A DNA stretch of 64,000 bases from an uncultured Gallionellaceae bacterium. Lineage in GTDB: Bacteria > Pseudomonadota > Gammaproteobacteria > Burkholderiales > Gallionellaceae. The stretch covers positions 10,029 through 74,028 of the forward strand of contig CAZNAD010000010.1 of NCBI GenBank assembly GCA_964571195.1, given 5' to 3'. Shown one piece after another: positions 54,338-64,000 of the stretch (its first letter is position 1; every line of letters starts with the position of its first letter). Below the pieces are notes generated by a model. That model had not been told where the DNA came from. It did no database searches and worked only from the letters and a program-made list of their open reading frames with translations. A program made the position numbers and the translations under genes.

Positions 54338-55281
54338 ATTTTTTGATCACAGGTGCAGATGGCTTTGTGGGTAAAAAATTGTCTTTGGCGTTGTTGGGCC
54401 GGGGGTATGCTGCGCGTTCCGCCGTGCGCTCTGCGCGTTCGGCTTTAGGAAACGTAACGGTGGTAGGTTCTATTGATAAGGACACTGACTGGTTCGCAGC
54501 ATTGCAGGGAGTGGATGTGGTAATTCATCTCGCTGCTCGTGTGCATGTCATGCATGATGATGCGGGTGATCCGCTGGAGGCATTCCGGCGGGTAAATGTC
54601 GAGGGGACCAAGCGTTTGGCTAGTTCTGCCGCCCAGTGCGGGGTAAAGCGTCTGGTCTATGTCAGTTCCGTTAAAGTGAATGGCGAGGCTACACACGGAA
54701 ACAAGGCATTCACCGAATCGGGGCTAGCGCTGCCGAAAGATCCCTACGGAATATCCAAATGGGAGGCGGAGCAGGCTTTGCAGCATGTGGCGCAGGAGAC
54801 CGGTCTAGAGGTCGTAGTCGTGCGGCCGCCGTTGGTCTACGGTTCTGAGGTGCGGGGGAATTTCGCCCAGATGTTGGTTGCCTTGGCGGAAGGGATACCC
54901 TTGCCGCTGGCCTCGGTGCAGAATTTACGTAGTTTGATTTATGTGGGAAATCTGATTGACGCGTTGATTGTTTGTGCGACCCATCCGGGGGCAGCGGGTC
55001 AGACTTATTTGGTCAGCGACGGAGAAGATGTGTCCACGCCTCGACTATTGAGCCTTTTGGGCGACGGGATCGGCTGTTCGGCCAGATTGTTTGCATGTCC
55101 CCCTGTCTTGTTGAAACTGGCTGGGCGTATTATTGGCAAATCGCATCAGATCAGGCGCCTTCTGGAATCATTGCGTGTCGACAGTGGTAAAATCCGCCGC
55201 GAATTAAACTGGACTCCCCCGTACACTTTGCAGCAGGGGCTTGAAGAGACTGCTGAGTGGTATCGAAACACATATCTATGA
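54334..55281 (+). CDS. NAD-dependent nucleotide-sugar epimerase/dehydratase
   Basis: MNFLITGADGFVGKKL and YGISK (YxxxK). ATGA overlap upstream. Confidence 0.85.
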   Translation: MNFLITGADGFVGKKLSLALLGRGYAARSAVRSARSALGNVTVVGSIDKDTDWFAALQGVDVVIHLAARVHVMHDDAGDPLEAFRRVNVEGTKRLASSAAQCGVKRLVYVSSVKVNGEATHGNKAFTESGLALPKDPYGISKWEAEQALQHVAQETGLEVVVVRPPLVYGSEVRGNFAQMLVALAEGIPLPLASVQNLRSLIYVGNLIDALIVCATHPGAAGQTYLVSDGEDVSTPRLLSLLGDGIGCSARLFACPPVLLKLAGRIIGKSHQIRRLLESLRVDSGKIRRELNWTPPYTLQQGLEETAEWYRNTYL

Positions 55282-56252
55282 GTCACTATTCCCCTGTTGT
55301 CGCCGCACTGGTGACTTTGCTGCTGACCGTTATCATCCTGCGTGGCAAATTAAGCCAAGGCGCTCTGGATATTCCCAATGAGCGTTCTTTGCATCAAAAA
55401 CCAATCCCGCGTGTAGGCGGTGTCGCATTGATGTCAGGATTGTTGTCCGGTTGGGGGCTAATGTCGCATGTATTGAAGTGGTGGATTGTATTGCCTTTGC
55501 TGGCGGTTTTCTTCATATCGTTGTTGGATGACATATATCACTTGACTGTGAGGACGCGCTTATCTATCCATGTTGGCGCGGCGGTGGTTTTGGTGGCGGG
55601 AAGCGGCCTATTCATGCAGCAGGGGTTGTTTGCGCTGGTAGTGGTGGTGCTGACGGTATGGATGATCAATCTGTATAACTTCATGGACGGTTCGGATGGA
55701 TTGGCCGGGGGTATGGCGTTATTCGGTTTTTCATTTTACGGTTTTGCCGCATTGATCGCGCATGACGATACGCTGGCAATGTTGAATTTTTCGATAGGCG
55801 CGGCGGCACTAGGGTTTCTTTATAACAATTTTTATCCGGCGAAGATATTCATGGGGGATGCGGGATCTATCCCGCTAGGATTTCTAGTTGCCGGTATGGG
55901 CTTGTGGGGGTGGCAGAGAGAGGTTTGGCCCGCTTGGTTCCCCGTACTGGTGTTCTCCCCATTTATCGTGGATGCTAGTGTGACACTTACAAGACGGGCA
56001 TTGCGTGGTGTGCGTATTAGTGAGGCGCATCGCGAGCATTATTACCAGCGCGCGATACAGCTCGGCTGGGGGCATCTCAAGGTCGCATTGTTAGAATATT
56101 TGCTGATGCTGGCGGTTGGAGTGTCTGCTTTGTTCGCATTGGAGCAGACGTTGCCATGGAAATTATTGTTGGCGTGGGGCGGCATTTACGCCGGATTGAT
56201 GCTGATGCTGGATATTTGCTGGAACAAGGCAAAGCGGGCACAAGATGCTTAA
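55278..56252 (+). CDS. Polyprenyl-phosphate N-acetylhexosamine-1-phosphate transferase (WecA/WbpL/MraY family), initiating glycosyltransferase
   Basis: NLYNFMDGSDGLAGG and FMGDAGSIPLGF motifs. Polytopic. Confidence 0.88.
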   Translation: MSHYSPVVAALVTLLLTVIILRGKLSQGALDIPNERSLHQKPIPRVGGVALMSGLLSGWGLMSHVLKWWIVLPLLAVFFISLLDDIYHLTVRTRLSIHVGAAVVLVAGSGLFMQQGLFALVVVVLTVWMINLYNFMDGSDGLAGGMALFGFSFYGFAALIAHDDTLAMLNFSIGAAALGFLYNNFYPAKIFMGDAGSIPLGFLVAGMGLWGWQREVWPAWFPVLVFSPFIVDASVTLTRRALRGVRISEAHREHYYQRAIQLGWGHLKVALLEYLLMLAVGVSALFALEQTLPWKLLLAWGGIYAGLMLMLDICWNKAKRAQDA

Positions 56253-58080
56253 ATCCTCGCGTATGAACACCGCTATCGCGATAGCGCATGATCTTACCGC
56301 CGCAGCTTTGGCATGGTGGTTTTCCTATCTACTGCGTTTTAATTTTGATCTGCCCGCCAACTTCAAAAGCGAGATGTGGAGTACGTTACTCTGGGTTGTT
56401 CCGCTGCAAGGGGTTGTCTTTTGGGGTTCTAATCTGTATCGAGGGATATGGCGTTATGCCAGCGTGGCCGATTTGCGTCGCATCCTGTTTGCTGTCGTTG
56501 TGGCCACAGCACTTGTTCCGTTGGTATTGGGTCTGTTTCGTGTACAGGCTATCGTACCTCGTTCGGTGCTGATCATTGACCCCATCCTACTGATTTTGGC
56601 TATGGGCGGTAGCCGAATGTTGTACCGTTTGTGGAAAGAGAATCTGCTGTACGGAGATTTTCATCTGCGCGGCGAGCCGGTGCTGGTGCTGGGGGCTGGA
56701 AGCGCCGGCATTGGTCTATCCAAAGAACTCGCCCGTAGCCGGGAGTGGCATCAGGTCGGATTTCTCGATGACGATGAGCAGAAGCAGGGGCGTACGCTCA
56801 ACGGGATCAAAGTGCTGGGGAGATTGGATAGCTTGCCCTATTGGGCAAAGCATTTTGGGGTGGAGCAGATCATCGTGGCGATGCCTGCTGCACCACATCA
56901 GGTGCGTAGACATGTCATTGATTTGGCCGGTCGCAGCGGGATCAAGGCGCAAATGGTGCCGACATTCGAGGATCTGTTGAGCGGGCGGGTCGCCATCTCG
57001 CAGCTGCGTGCAGTTGAGCTTGATGATTTGCTTGGGCGAGATCCAGTGCAGTTAGATGATGCAGGCTTGCAAGAGCAATTGGGCGACAAGGTGGTTCTCG
57101 TGACCGGAGCAGGGGGGTCTATTGGTTCGGAGCTGTGTCGCCAGATTGCCCGTTTTTTGCCTAGGCGCCTAGTGCTGTTCGAGGTCAGCGAATTCGCTCT
57201 GTACAATATGGAGCAGGAATTAACTCAAAAATTTCCGCAGATCGAGATTGCCTATCTTGCCGGCGACGTGCGCGATGCGGCGCGACTCGAACAAGTGTTT
57301 TCTGAACATCTACCCAGCGTCGTTTTCCATGCGGCAGCCTATAAACATGTACCTCTGATGGAGCGTCACAACGCTTGGCAGGCTGTGCGCAATAATGTCT
57401 TTGGCACGTGGCAAGTGGCGCAGTGTGCACAACGTTATGGAGTGGAAAAATTCGTGCTGATATCCACCGACAAAGCAGTCAATCCCACGAATATCATGGG
57501 AACGAGCAAGCGTATGGCCGAGATGGTCTGTCAGGGATTGCAGCAGACGGAGGGGACGCGATTCATCATTGTGCGTTTCGGGAATGTGCTTGGAAGTAAT
57601 GGCAGTGTCATTCCGAAGTTCCGCGAACAGATTGCACGAGGAGGGCCGATTACGGTGACGCATCCAGAGATCACGCGTTATTTCATGTCCATTCCCGAGG
57701 CTGCGCAGTTGGTGATGCAGGCAGGTTGCATGGGACGGGGCGGTGAAATATTCGTGTTGGACATGGGCGAGCCAGTAAAGATTGTTGACCTAGCGCTTGA
57801 TCTCATTCGCCTTTCCGGTATGCGTGAGAGTGATATTAAGATTGAATTCACCGGTCTGCGTTCAGGTGAAAAATTATATGAGGAGTTGTTGGCGGACGAT
57901 GAGAACACGTTATCGACGCCACATCCGAAACTGCGCATAGCTCAAGCCCGCATAGTGTCGTCGCCAGAGCTGGAAACGATGCTGGCCTGGATAGCGACGG
58001 ATGCCGCTATCGCCGATGATGTTGTGCGCAGGCAGTTGTGTCAATGGGTGCCTGAGTACACGCCGGATATCCGTTCATGA
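56245..58080 (+). CDS. Membrane-bound nucleotide-sugar 4,6-dehydratase (CapD/WbpM/PglF family)
   Basis: 611 aa. 4 N-terminal TM helices. VLVTGAGGSIGSEL and AAYKHVP motifs. Confidence 0.88.
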   Translation: MLKSSRMNTAIAIAHDLTAAALAWWFSYLLRFNFDLPANFKSEMWSTLLWVVPLQGVVFWGSNLYRGIWRYASVADLRRILFAVVVATALVPLVLGLFRVQAIVPRSVLIIDPILLILAMGGSRMLYRLWKENLLYGDFHLRGEPVLVLGAGSAGIGLSKELARSREWHQVGFLDDDEQKQGRTLNGIKVLGRLDSLPYWAKHFGVEQIIVAMPAAPHQVRRHVIDLAGRSGIKAQMVPTFEDLLSGRVAISQLRAVELDDLLGRDPVQLDDAGLQEQLGDKVVLVTGAGGSIGSELCRQIARFLPRRLVLFEVSEFALYNMEQELTQKFPQIEIAYLAGDVRDAARLEQVFSEHLPSVVFHAAAYKHVPLMERHNAWQAVRNNVFGTWQVAQCAQRYGVEKFVLISTDKAVNPTNIMGTSKRMAEMVCQGLQQTEGTRFIIVRFGNVLGSNGSVIPKFREQIARGGPITVTHPEITRYFMSIPEAAQLVMQAGCMGRGGEIFVLDMGEPVKIVDLALDLIRLSGMRESDIKIEFTGLRSGEKLYEELLADDENTLSTPHPKLRIAQARIVSSPELETMLAWIATDAAIADDVVRRQLCQWVPEYTPDIRS

Positions 58081-59339
58081 CAAGGCAAACATTCAATCTA
58101 GCTCCTATGCGCAAAGTGCTACTTGGGCCATTGCAATGGTGCGTCGTTCTGATCGGCCTGTCGGTGCCGATCTCGGTGGCGTTCGACAATGTCCTGTTGG
58201 CGCTGATCCTGCTGGGAGTCTTGTTCAGTCTTCCCGCCGTTGTGCGTATCGCATGGCAGCACCCTGTGGCTCGTGCCGCCATGCTGTTGTTTACCATGTT
58301 GCTGGCCGCCATGTTCTACGGTGGCACGCCCATGCGGGAAGCGCAGACCATTTTGGCGAAATATGCCGATCTGGCTTTTATTCCCGGTTTCATTTGGTTG
58401 CTTTCCGATGAGATCGTTCGGCGCAGGGCGCGACGCGCTTTTATTGTGGCGATGGGCATCACTCTGGCGGCCTCCTATCTGATCGGATTAAAGATCGTAC
58501 CCCTGATGTCGTGGATGCATCCTTGGACCGATCCAATCAACCCCGCCATTTTTCATAGCCATATCACGCAGAACAATATGATGGCGTTTGCTGTGTTTTT
58601 GGCTCTACTTGAATGGAGAGAAGCTACCGTATCTAGGCATAGGATCGCATGGCTGGCATTTGTGGGGCTGGCCATCGTCAATATACTATTCATGGTGGAA
58701 GGGCGGACCGGTTATCTGATTTTATTCGTGCTTTTGGGCTGGTTCGCTATGGTCACTTTCTCCCATGCCATGGCTCGGCGCGGAGCTAGTTGGGGATGGC
58801 GACAAAAAGGAGGCATTGCCTTGGTGTTGCTGCTGGGTGTGCTTTTGGCGTACCACGGTTCAGCACGTCTGCATAATCGTGTGGTGATGGCCGTGGCGGA
58901 ATATCAGGCATGGATTCCGAACCAAGGGGCGACTTCCATCGGGCAGCGTCTGGATTTCTATTCCAATACCCTGCATATCGTAGCTGAGAATCCCTTATTG
59001 GGCGTGGGTACCGGCGGTTTTCCATCAGCCTACGAGCGCCATACTCAGGGGGTGGACGTGATAAAAACGCGTAATCCACACAACGAATATCTGATGATAT
59101 CGGTGCAAACTGGCTTGGTTGGCTTGATATTGTTGCTGTATTTATTCTATACGCATTGGCGTAATGCGCCTTTGTTGCCCACGTTGCTTGAGCGTGATGC
59201 GGCGCGCGGTTTGCTGCTTGCCTACTTGGTCAATTGTACGCTCAACTCGGCGTTAATGGATCATGCGGATGGATTGTTCTTCGCATTCATGAGCGCAGTT
59301 TTGTTTGCCAATCTTAAGTTAGGATCGAAGCATGAGTGA
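58077..59339 (+). CDS. O-antigen ligase family protein (Wzy_C domain, WaaL-like)
   Basis: Polytopic, with a periplasmic loop carrying NPHNEYLMISVQTGLVGL (the conserved His context of ligases/polymerases). Alternative ATG at 58107. Confidence 0.7.
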   Translation: MTRQTFNLAPMRKVLLGPLQWCVVLIGLSVPISVAFDNVLLALILLGVLFSLPAVVRIAWQHPVARAAMLLFTMLLAAMFYGGTPMREAQTILAKYADLAFIPGFIWLLSDEIVRRRARRAFIVAMGITLAASYLIGLKIVPLMSWMHPWTDPINPAIFHSHITQNNMMAFAVFLALLEWREATVSRHRIAWLAFVGLAIVNILFMVEGRTGYLILFVLLGWFAMVTFSHAMARRGASWGWRQKGGIALVLLLGVLLAYHGSARLHNRVVMAVAEYQAWIPNQGATSIGQRLDFYSNTLHIVAENPLLGVGTGGFPSAYERHTQGVDVIKTRNPHNEYLMISVQTGLVGLILLLYLFYTHWRNAPLLPTLLERDAARGLLLAYLVNCTLNSALMDHADGLFFAFMSAVLFANLKLGSKHE

Positions 59340-60153
59340 AGCTCTAGTCGATGTTACGGCGAATCAATCAGCCAAACTGACCGCATATATCATCGCTTAC
59401 AACGAAGCGGGACGTATTGCGGGGGCGGTGCAAAGTGTGGCGTGGGCGGACGAGGTTCTGGTGTTGGATTCATATAGCACAGACGATACGGCGAAGATCG
59501 CGGCCGAGATGGGGGCGACCGTGAAGCAGATTCCGTTCACTACGTTTGGAAAATTACGTAATGATGCGATTGCCGCATGCAAATATGAATGGGTCTTCAG
59601 TCTAGATACAGACGAATTTTGCACGCCTGCCGCGCGGGCCGAAATTGCCGGGATATTGGCGCGACCGGATGCGGATGCCTACTATGTTCCGCGTCATAAC
59701 TGGTTCATGGGGCGCTGGATAAGGCATTGCGGTTGGTATCCTGACTATCGTCAGCCGCAATTATTTCGGAAGGGGGCGCTAATATTCGACGATCATGAAG
59801 AAGTGCATGAATCCTTCCGGGTGGTGGGCAAGATCGGCTATTTCAAAGCGGCAATCATTCAGGTGCCGTATCAGAACCTGGAACAATTAATCGTCAAAAT
59901 GCAACGCTATTCCACACTGGGTGCGCGTAAACTTGCGCGCAAAGGCAAGCGTGTCGGTATGGGTACTGCGCTGGCTCATGGGTTGTGGGCATTCTTTCGT
60001 ATCTATGTGATCAAACTCGGTTTTCTCGATGGATGGGGCGGCTTTATGCTCGCGCTGGGCAATTTTGAGGGGACGTTTTATCGTTATGCCAAGGCGGCGA
60101 CTGCGCAGCAAAACTGGATGCTTCCTCCAGTCGATCATAATGAACAAAAATAA
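59332..60153 (+). CDS. Glycosyltransferase family 2 (LPS core type)
   Basis: LTAYIIAYNEAGRI and VLVLDSYSTDDT motifs. Confidence 0.8.
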   Translation: MSEALVDVTANQSAKLTAYIIAYNEAGRIAGAVQSVAWADEVLVLDSYSTDDTAKIAAEMGATVKQIPFTTFGKLRNDAIAACKYEWVFSLDTDEFCTPAARAEIAGILARPDADAYYVPRHNWFMGRWIRHCGWYPDYRQPQLFRKGALIFDDHEEVHESFRVVGKIGYFKAAIIQVPYQNLEQLIVKMQRYSTLGARKLARKGKRVGMGTALAHGLWAFFRIYVIKLGFLDGWGGFMLALGNFEGTFYRYAKAATAQQNWMLPPVDHNEQK

Positions 60154-60964
60154 TATGCGCATAGCGGTCATCGTGACCACCTATAACCGACCGGACGCGC
60201 TTGCGGTCGTGCTGGAGGCTTATCTGGTCCAGACCGACCCGAATTTCGAAGTGTTGGTGGCCGACGATGGATCAACGCCGGATACGGCGCGCGTGGTGCA
60301 ACAGTTTCAGGTGCGCGCAGCATTCCCTATTCGACATATCTGGCAAGAGGATGACGGTTTCCGCGCTGCGGCCATACGCAACCGCGCGATAGCAGCCACC
60401 TCGGCGGACTACATCATTTTTACCGATGGTGACTGCATCCCGCTGCCGGACTTCGTCGGGCGTCATCGTCGTTTGAGTGAGGCAGGATGTTTTCTTTCCG
60501 GCAACCGCCTATTGTTGTCGCAGGAGCTAACGCGGCAGGTGTTGGATGCAAAGATTGCGTTGCATCTGTGGCGTACGAGCGATTGGCTGCGAGCGCGCGG
60601 TCGTGGCCAGATAAACCGCCTGACACCTTTGTTGCGCCTGCCTGACGTGTGTATGCGCAAACGCACACCGCGGCGCTGGCAAGGAGCGAAAACCTGCAAT
60701 CTTTCTGCCTACCGTGAGGATCTGTTGCGTGTGAACGGTTTGGATGAGAGTTATACGGGATGGGGACTGGAAGATTCCGATCTGGTTGTTCGTCTGATTC
60801 GTGCGGGAGTCATGAATAAAAGCGCGCGGTTTGCCGCACCAGTGTTGCACCTGTGGCATAAGGAGAATGACCGTTCCCATCTTGAGGAGAATCAGCGCCG
60901 CTTGCTGCAAGTGTTGAGTGCTACGCACAGCTACGCGTTAAAAGGTGTGGATCAATACCGATAG
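60140..60964 (+). CDS. Glycosyltransferase family 2 (galactosyltransferase-like C-terminus)
   Basis: IAVIVTTYNRPDAL, LVADDGSTPDT, FTDGDCIP and GWGLEDSDLVVRL motifs. Start is at 60140 or 60155. Confidence 0.85.
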   Translation: MNKNNMRIAVIVTTYNRPDALAVVLEAYLVQTDPNFEVLVADDGSTPDTARVVQQFQVRAAFPIRHIWQEDDGFRAAAIRNRAIAATSADYIIFTDGDCIPLPDFVGRHRRLSEAGCFLSGNRLLLSQELTRQVLDAKIALHLWRTSDWLRARGRGQINRLTPLLRLPDVCMRKRTPRRWQGAKTCNLSAYREDLLRVNGLDESYTGWGLEDSDLVVRLIRAGVMNKSARFAAPVLHLWHKENDRSHLEENQRRLLQVLSATHSYALKGVDQYR

Positions 60965-61078
60965 ATATCTTGCCACTTTGCTGACGCGGGAGTCCCTGAC
61001 CTATTGCCCAGGCGGCTTATCAAGTACAATGCAAGCCATATAAATGTTGTTTAAATGAAACTTTAACTGAAAATCTGT

Positions 61079-62509
61079 ATGCAATTAATTCCAACGATTC
61101 TATGTGGCGGAGCTGGTTCGCGGCTTTGGCCAGTTTCTCGTGAGTTGCACCCCAAGCCTTTCATTCGTCTTGCTGATGGACAAAGTCTACTGCAAAAGGC
61201 CTATTTGAGAGGTGCCATGCTGGCAGATGTATCTGAGGTTCTTACTGTTACGAATCGTGAACTTTTTTTCAAGACTGAGGATGAGTACAAGGAGGTAATC
61301 AGTACCGTTGGCAAGCCGCTCGGCAATAGCTACATTCTTGAGCCGTTTGGTCGCAATACCGCACCTGCGATTGCCGTTGCCGCGCTACGGGTTGCCGCGA
61401 CACATGGCGAAACGGCATTGATGCTGGTGTTGGCGGCTGATCATTTAATCCTTGATCAGGCGGCGTTCGCGCAAGCCGTCGAACAGGCTAAGCAATTGGC
61501 GACAAAAGGCCGATTGGTCACTTTCGGCATACGCCCCGAAGCTCCTGAGACTGGTTATGGTTACATCGAGGCTCAAGGTAACGATGTATTGCGTTTTGTC
61601 GAGAAGCCAAATCTGGAAAAGGCGCAAGAATACGTGGACTCAGGAAATTACCTGTGGAACTCGGGGATGTTCTGTTTTTCTGCTGGTGCGATGTTGCGTG
61701 AGATGGAGATGCATTGCCCGGAAATCCTTGCGTCAACCCGGGCATGCATGGAGCGTTCGCGCAAGGCCGAAGGGGTCGGATTCTCTCAGGTCGAACTTGA
61801 CCCAGATGTATTTGCTCGGATACCGGAGGACTCCATTGATTATGCGGTGATGGAGAAGTCGGCGAATGTGGCGGTAGTGGCCTGCAACATCGGCTGGAGT
61901 GACATTGGTTCGTGGAGTGCTTTGGGTGATCTCACTGTGCCCGACGAGAAGGGCAATCGCATTGAGGGTGAAGTGCTGATCTTTGATGTGGACAACTGTT
62001 ATATACAAAGCAACGAGAGGATCGTCGGGGCGGTGGGGATTAGCAACCTCATTATTATAGACACTCCAGATGCCGTGCTGGTCGCAGATCGCAATCGGGC
62101 TCAGGATGTTAAGCATCTGTATTCTCGCCTCAAGGCGGAGGGGCATGAGACGCACAAGCTGCATCGCAAGGTGCATCGCCCATGGGGTACTTATACAGTC
62201 CTTGAGGAAGGGGTGCGATTTAAGATCAAGCGTATCGAGGTCAAGCCCGGCGGCAAGCTTAGTTTGCAGATGCACCATCACCGTAGTGAACACTGGATTG
62301 TAGTCAGCGGTATGGCGAATGTAACCAATGGTGATTCTGAGATGCTCGTCAAAACCAATGAGTCCACTTATATCCCGGCCGGACACAAACATCGCTTGGA
62401 AAATGCCGGGCTGGTCGATCTGATCATGATCGAAGTGCAGAGCGGGGAGTATCTGGGTGAGGATGATATCGTCAGGTTCGATGATGTGTACGGAAGAACA
62501 TCGGTATGA
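61079..62509 (+). CDS. manC: Bifunctional mannose-1-phosphate guanylyltransferase / mannose-6-phosphate isomerase
   Basis: [16 protein letters not shown]-terminus. C-terminal cupin ([13 protein letters not shown] ... [18 protein letters not shown]). Confidence 0.93.
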   Translation: MQLIPTILCGGAGSRLWPVSRELHPKPFIRLADGQSLLQKAYLRGAMLADVSEVLTVTNRELFFKTEDEYKEVISTVGKPLGNSYILEPFGRNTAPAIAVAALRVAATHGETALMLVLAADHLILDQAAFAQAVEQAKQLATKGRLVTFGIRPEAPETGYGYIEAQGNDVLRFVEKPNLEKAQEYVDSGNYLWNSGMFCFSAGAMLREMEMHCPEILASTRACMERSRKAEGVGFSQVELDPDVFARIPEDSIDYAVMEKSANVAVVACNIGWSDIGSWSALGDLTVPDEKGNRIEGEVLIFDVDNCYIQSNERIVGAVGISNLIIIDTPDAVLVADRNRAQDVKHLYSRLKAEGHETHKLHRKVHRPWGTYTVLEEGVRFKIKRIEVKPGGKLSLQMHHHRSEHWIVVSGMANVTNGDSEMLVKTNESTYIPAGHKHRLENAGLVDLIMIEVQSGEYLGEDDIVRFDDVYGRTSV

Positions 62510-63873
62510 CACTGGCTTGTTTCAAGGCTTACGACATTCGCGGCAAGCTGGATGTCGAACTTGACGAAGGTATAGCATACCGTATCGGGCGGGCTTACGC
62601 GCAGCAGTTAAATGCTCGGCGTGTCGTTGTGGGCGGGGATGTGAGGCTCAGTAGTGCACAACTCAAGTTGGCATTGGCTAACGGGCTGATGGATGGCGGT
62701 GCGGATGTCATTGACATTGGTATGACTGGAACCGAAGAGGTGTATTTTGCTGCCTTTTATCTTGATGTGGACGGCGGGATAGAAGTTACTGCCAGCCACA
62801 ACCCCATGGATTATAACGGTATGAAACTGGTATTGCGTGGCGCGGTACCGATCAGCGGGGATACTGGATTGAAGGAAATCCAGGCGCTGGCAGAAACCAA
62901 CAGCTTCACTGGGGTGGCGACCCGAGGAACACTCTCGCAGGCTTCGATTCTAGAACCTTTTGTTGAGCACCTGCTGACTTATCTGGATGTGGCTGCGATT
63001 AAGCCGCTCAAGTTGGTAGTGAATGCGGGCAACGGAGCTGCGGGTCATGTGATTGATGCACTGGAAGTGCATTTCAAGAGACTGCATGTCCCAGTCGAGT
63101 TCATCAAAATTCATCATCAGCCGGATGGTATGTTTCCCAATGGCATTCCTAACCCATTGTTGCCGGAGAACCGGACGGCGACTGCCGACGCAGTGCGCGT
63201 GCACCGTGCCGATATGGGGATTGCCTGGGATGGCGATTTTGACCGTTGTTTTTTGTTCGACGAGCAGGGCGAATTCATCGAAGGTTATTACATCGTGGGG
63301 CTCCTGGCGGAAGCGTTTTTGCTCAAACATCCCGGCGAAAAAATCATTCATGATCCGCGTTTGATCTGGAATACCATCGATATGGTTAAGCGTGCCGGAG
63401 GTGTTCCTGTGCAGTCCAAGACAGGCCATGCCTTCATCAAGGAACGTATGCGAGCAGAGAATGCTATCTACGGTGGAGAAATGAGTGCACACCATTATTT
63501 CCGCGATTTCGCTTATTGCGACAGCGGCATGATTCCTTGGCTGCTCGTATCCGAATTGCTTGGCCGTAGTGGTAAGAGACTCTCGCAGTTGGTAGGGGAG
63601 CGCATACATGCCTACCCTTGTAGTGGCGAGATAAACTATCGCGTACAAGATGTGGCGGGAACTATAGATCGGGTTTTGCAACATTACCTGGCGCAGGATC
63701 CCGTGATTGACTTTACCGATGGTGTGAGCGTTGCATTTCCTGATTGGCGTTTTAATCTGCGTAGCTCGAATACCGAACCCCTGCTCAGGCTCAATGTGGA
63801 GACTCGGGGGGATGTGCAGGCCGTGTCGATGCATGTGGGCGAGTTAGAGGCGCTGATTAAGGGTGTCGCTTGA
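62506..63873 (+). CDS. manB: Phosphomannomutase/phosphoglucomutase
   Basis: [13 protein letters not shown] active-site Ser, WDGDFDR metal site and GGEMSAHH sugar-binding loop. Confidence 0.93.
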   Translation: MTLACFKAYDIRGKLDVELDEGIAYRIGRAYAQQLNARRVVVGGDVRLSSAQLKLALANGLMDGGADVIDIGMTGTEEVYFAAFYLDVDGGIEVTASHNPMDYNGMKLVLRGAVPISGDTGLKEIQALAETNSFTGVATRGTLSQASILEPFVEHLLTYLDVAAIKPLKLVVNAGNGAAGHVIDALEVHFKRLHVPVEFIKIHHQPDGMFPNGIPNPLLPENRTATADAVRVHRADMGIAWDGDFDRCFLFDEQGEFIEGYYIVGLLAEAFLLKHPGEKIIHDPRLIWNTIDMVKRAGGVPVQSKTGHAFIKERMRAENAIYGGEMSAHHYFRDFAYCDSGMIPWLLVSELLGRSGKRLSQLVGERIHAYPCSGEINYRVQDVAGTIDRVLQHYLAQDPVIDFTDGVSVAFPDWRFNLRSSNTEPLLRLNVETRGDVQAVSMHVGELEALIKGVA

Positions 63874-64000
63874 TGAGAGCGATGTTGAGAGCGTTATGGG
63901 TTTACCGAGGATTCATTTTCGGTAGTGTTCAGCGCGAGTTTCAGTCCAGATATCGCAATTCCCTGCTGGGAGGTGCGTGGACGGTTCTTAATCCGCTGTC
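63873..64000 (+). CDS. ABC-2 type polysaccharide export permease (Wzm-like), 5' fragment cut by the window end
   Basis: [42 protein letters not shown] is the typical Wzm/KpsM N-terminal signature. TGATG overlap with manB. Confidence 0.7.
   Translation, partial: MRAMLRALWVYRGFIFGSVQREFQSRYRNSLLGGAWTVLNPL

Noticed and set aside
1-64000. Search for tRNA, rRNA, CRISPR arrays and long tandem repeats.
   Set aside because: A visual scan found no T-psi-C-like tRNA signatures, no regularly spaced direct repeats and no rRNA-like stretches. A dedicated tool (tRNAscan-SE, Infernal, CRISPR finders) would be needed to exclude small ncRNAs.

Overview
The window reads like a Gram-negative chromosomal segment, probably betaproteobacterial, though I cannot verify that without a database. 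GC is about 60% over most of its length. All domain calls were made by eye from motifs; no HMM or BLAST search was possible.

There are four blocks:

1. 1-8.6 kb: a complete cbb3 oxidase locus, ccoNOQP plus the maturation genes ccoG, ccoH, ccoI and ccoS.
2. 8.7-27 kb (possibly to 28.2 kb): an accessory island with no integrase, transposase, tRNA or NTPase. It encodes almost only exported, lipoprotein or membrane proteins. These include two divergently oriented paralogous fusions (signal peptide, WD40 propeller, Ig-like linker, caspase/C14 domain), each followed by an LPP20-like gene. Between them lie further LPP20-like lipoproteins, a FecR-domain protein, a transglutaminase-like protein, a small outer-membrane beta-barrel, a CHASE2 sensor with an atypical output, a LuxR-type regulator and an alpha/beta hydrolase.
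3. 28.3-37.7 kb: fnr and hemN (divergent, with an FNR box between them), gshA, apbE, a permease-less regulatory PTS and a pcm-like gene.
4. 37.7-64 kb: an LPS/O-antigen locus with rfbBACD, waaA, waaC, a C-methylated deoxyhexose module, glycosyltransferases, a Wzx-like flippase, a WaaL-like ligase, manCB and the start of wzm.

The best candidate for an undescribed system is the envelope-targeted caspase/LPP20/FecR/CHASE2 island in block 2. Several REP- or MITE-like palindromic elements are also present.
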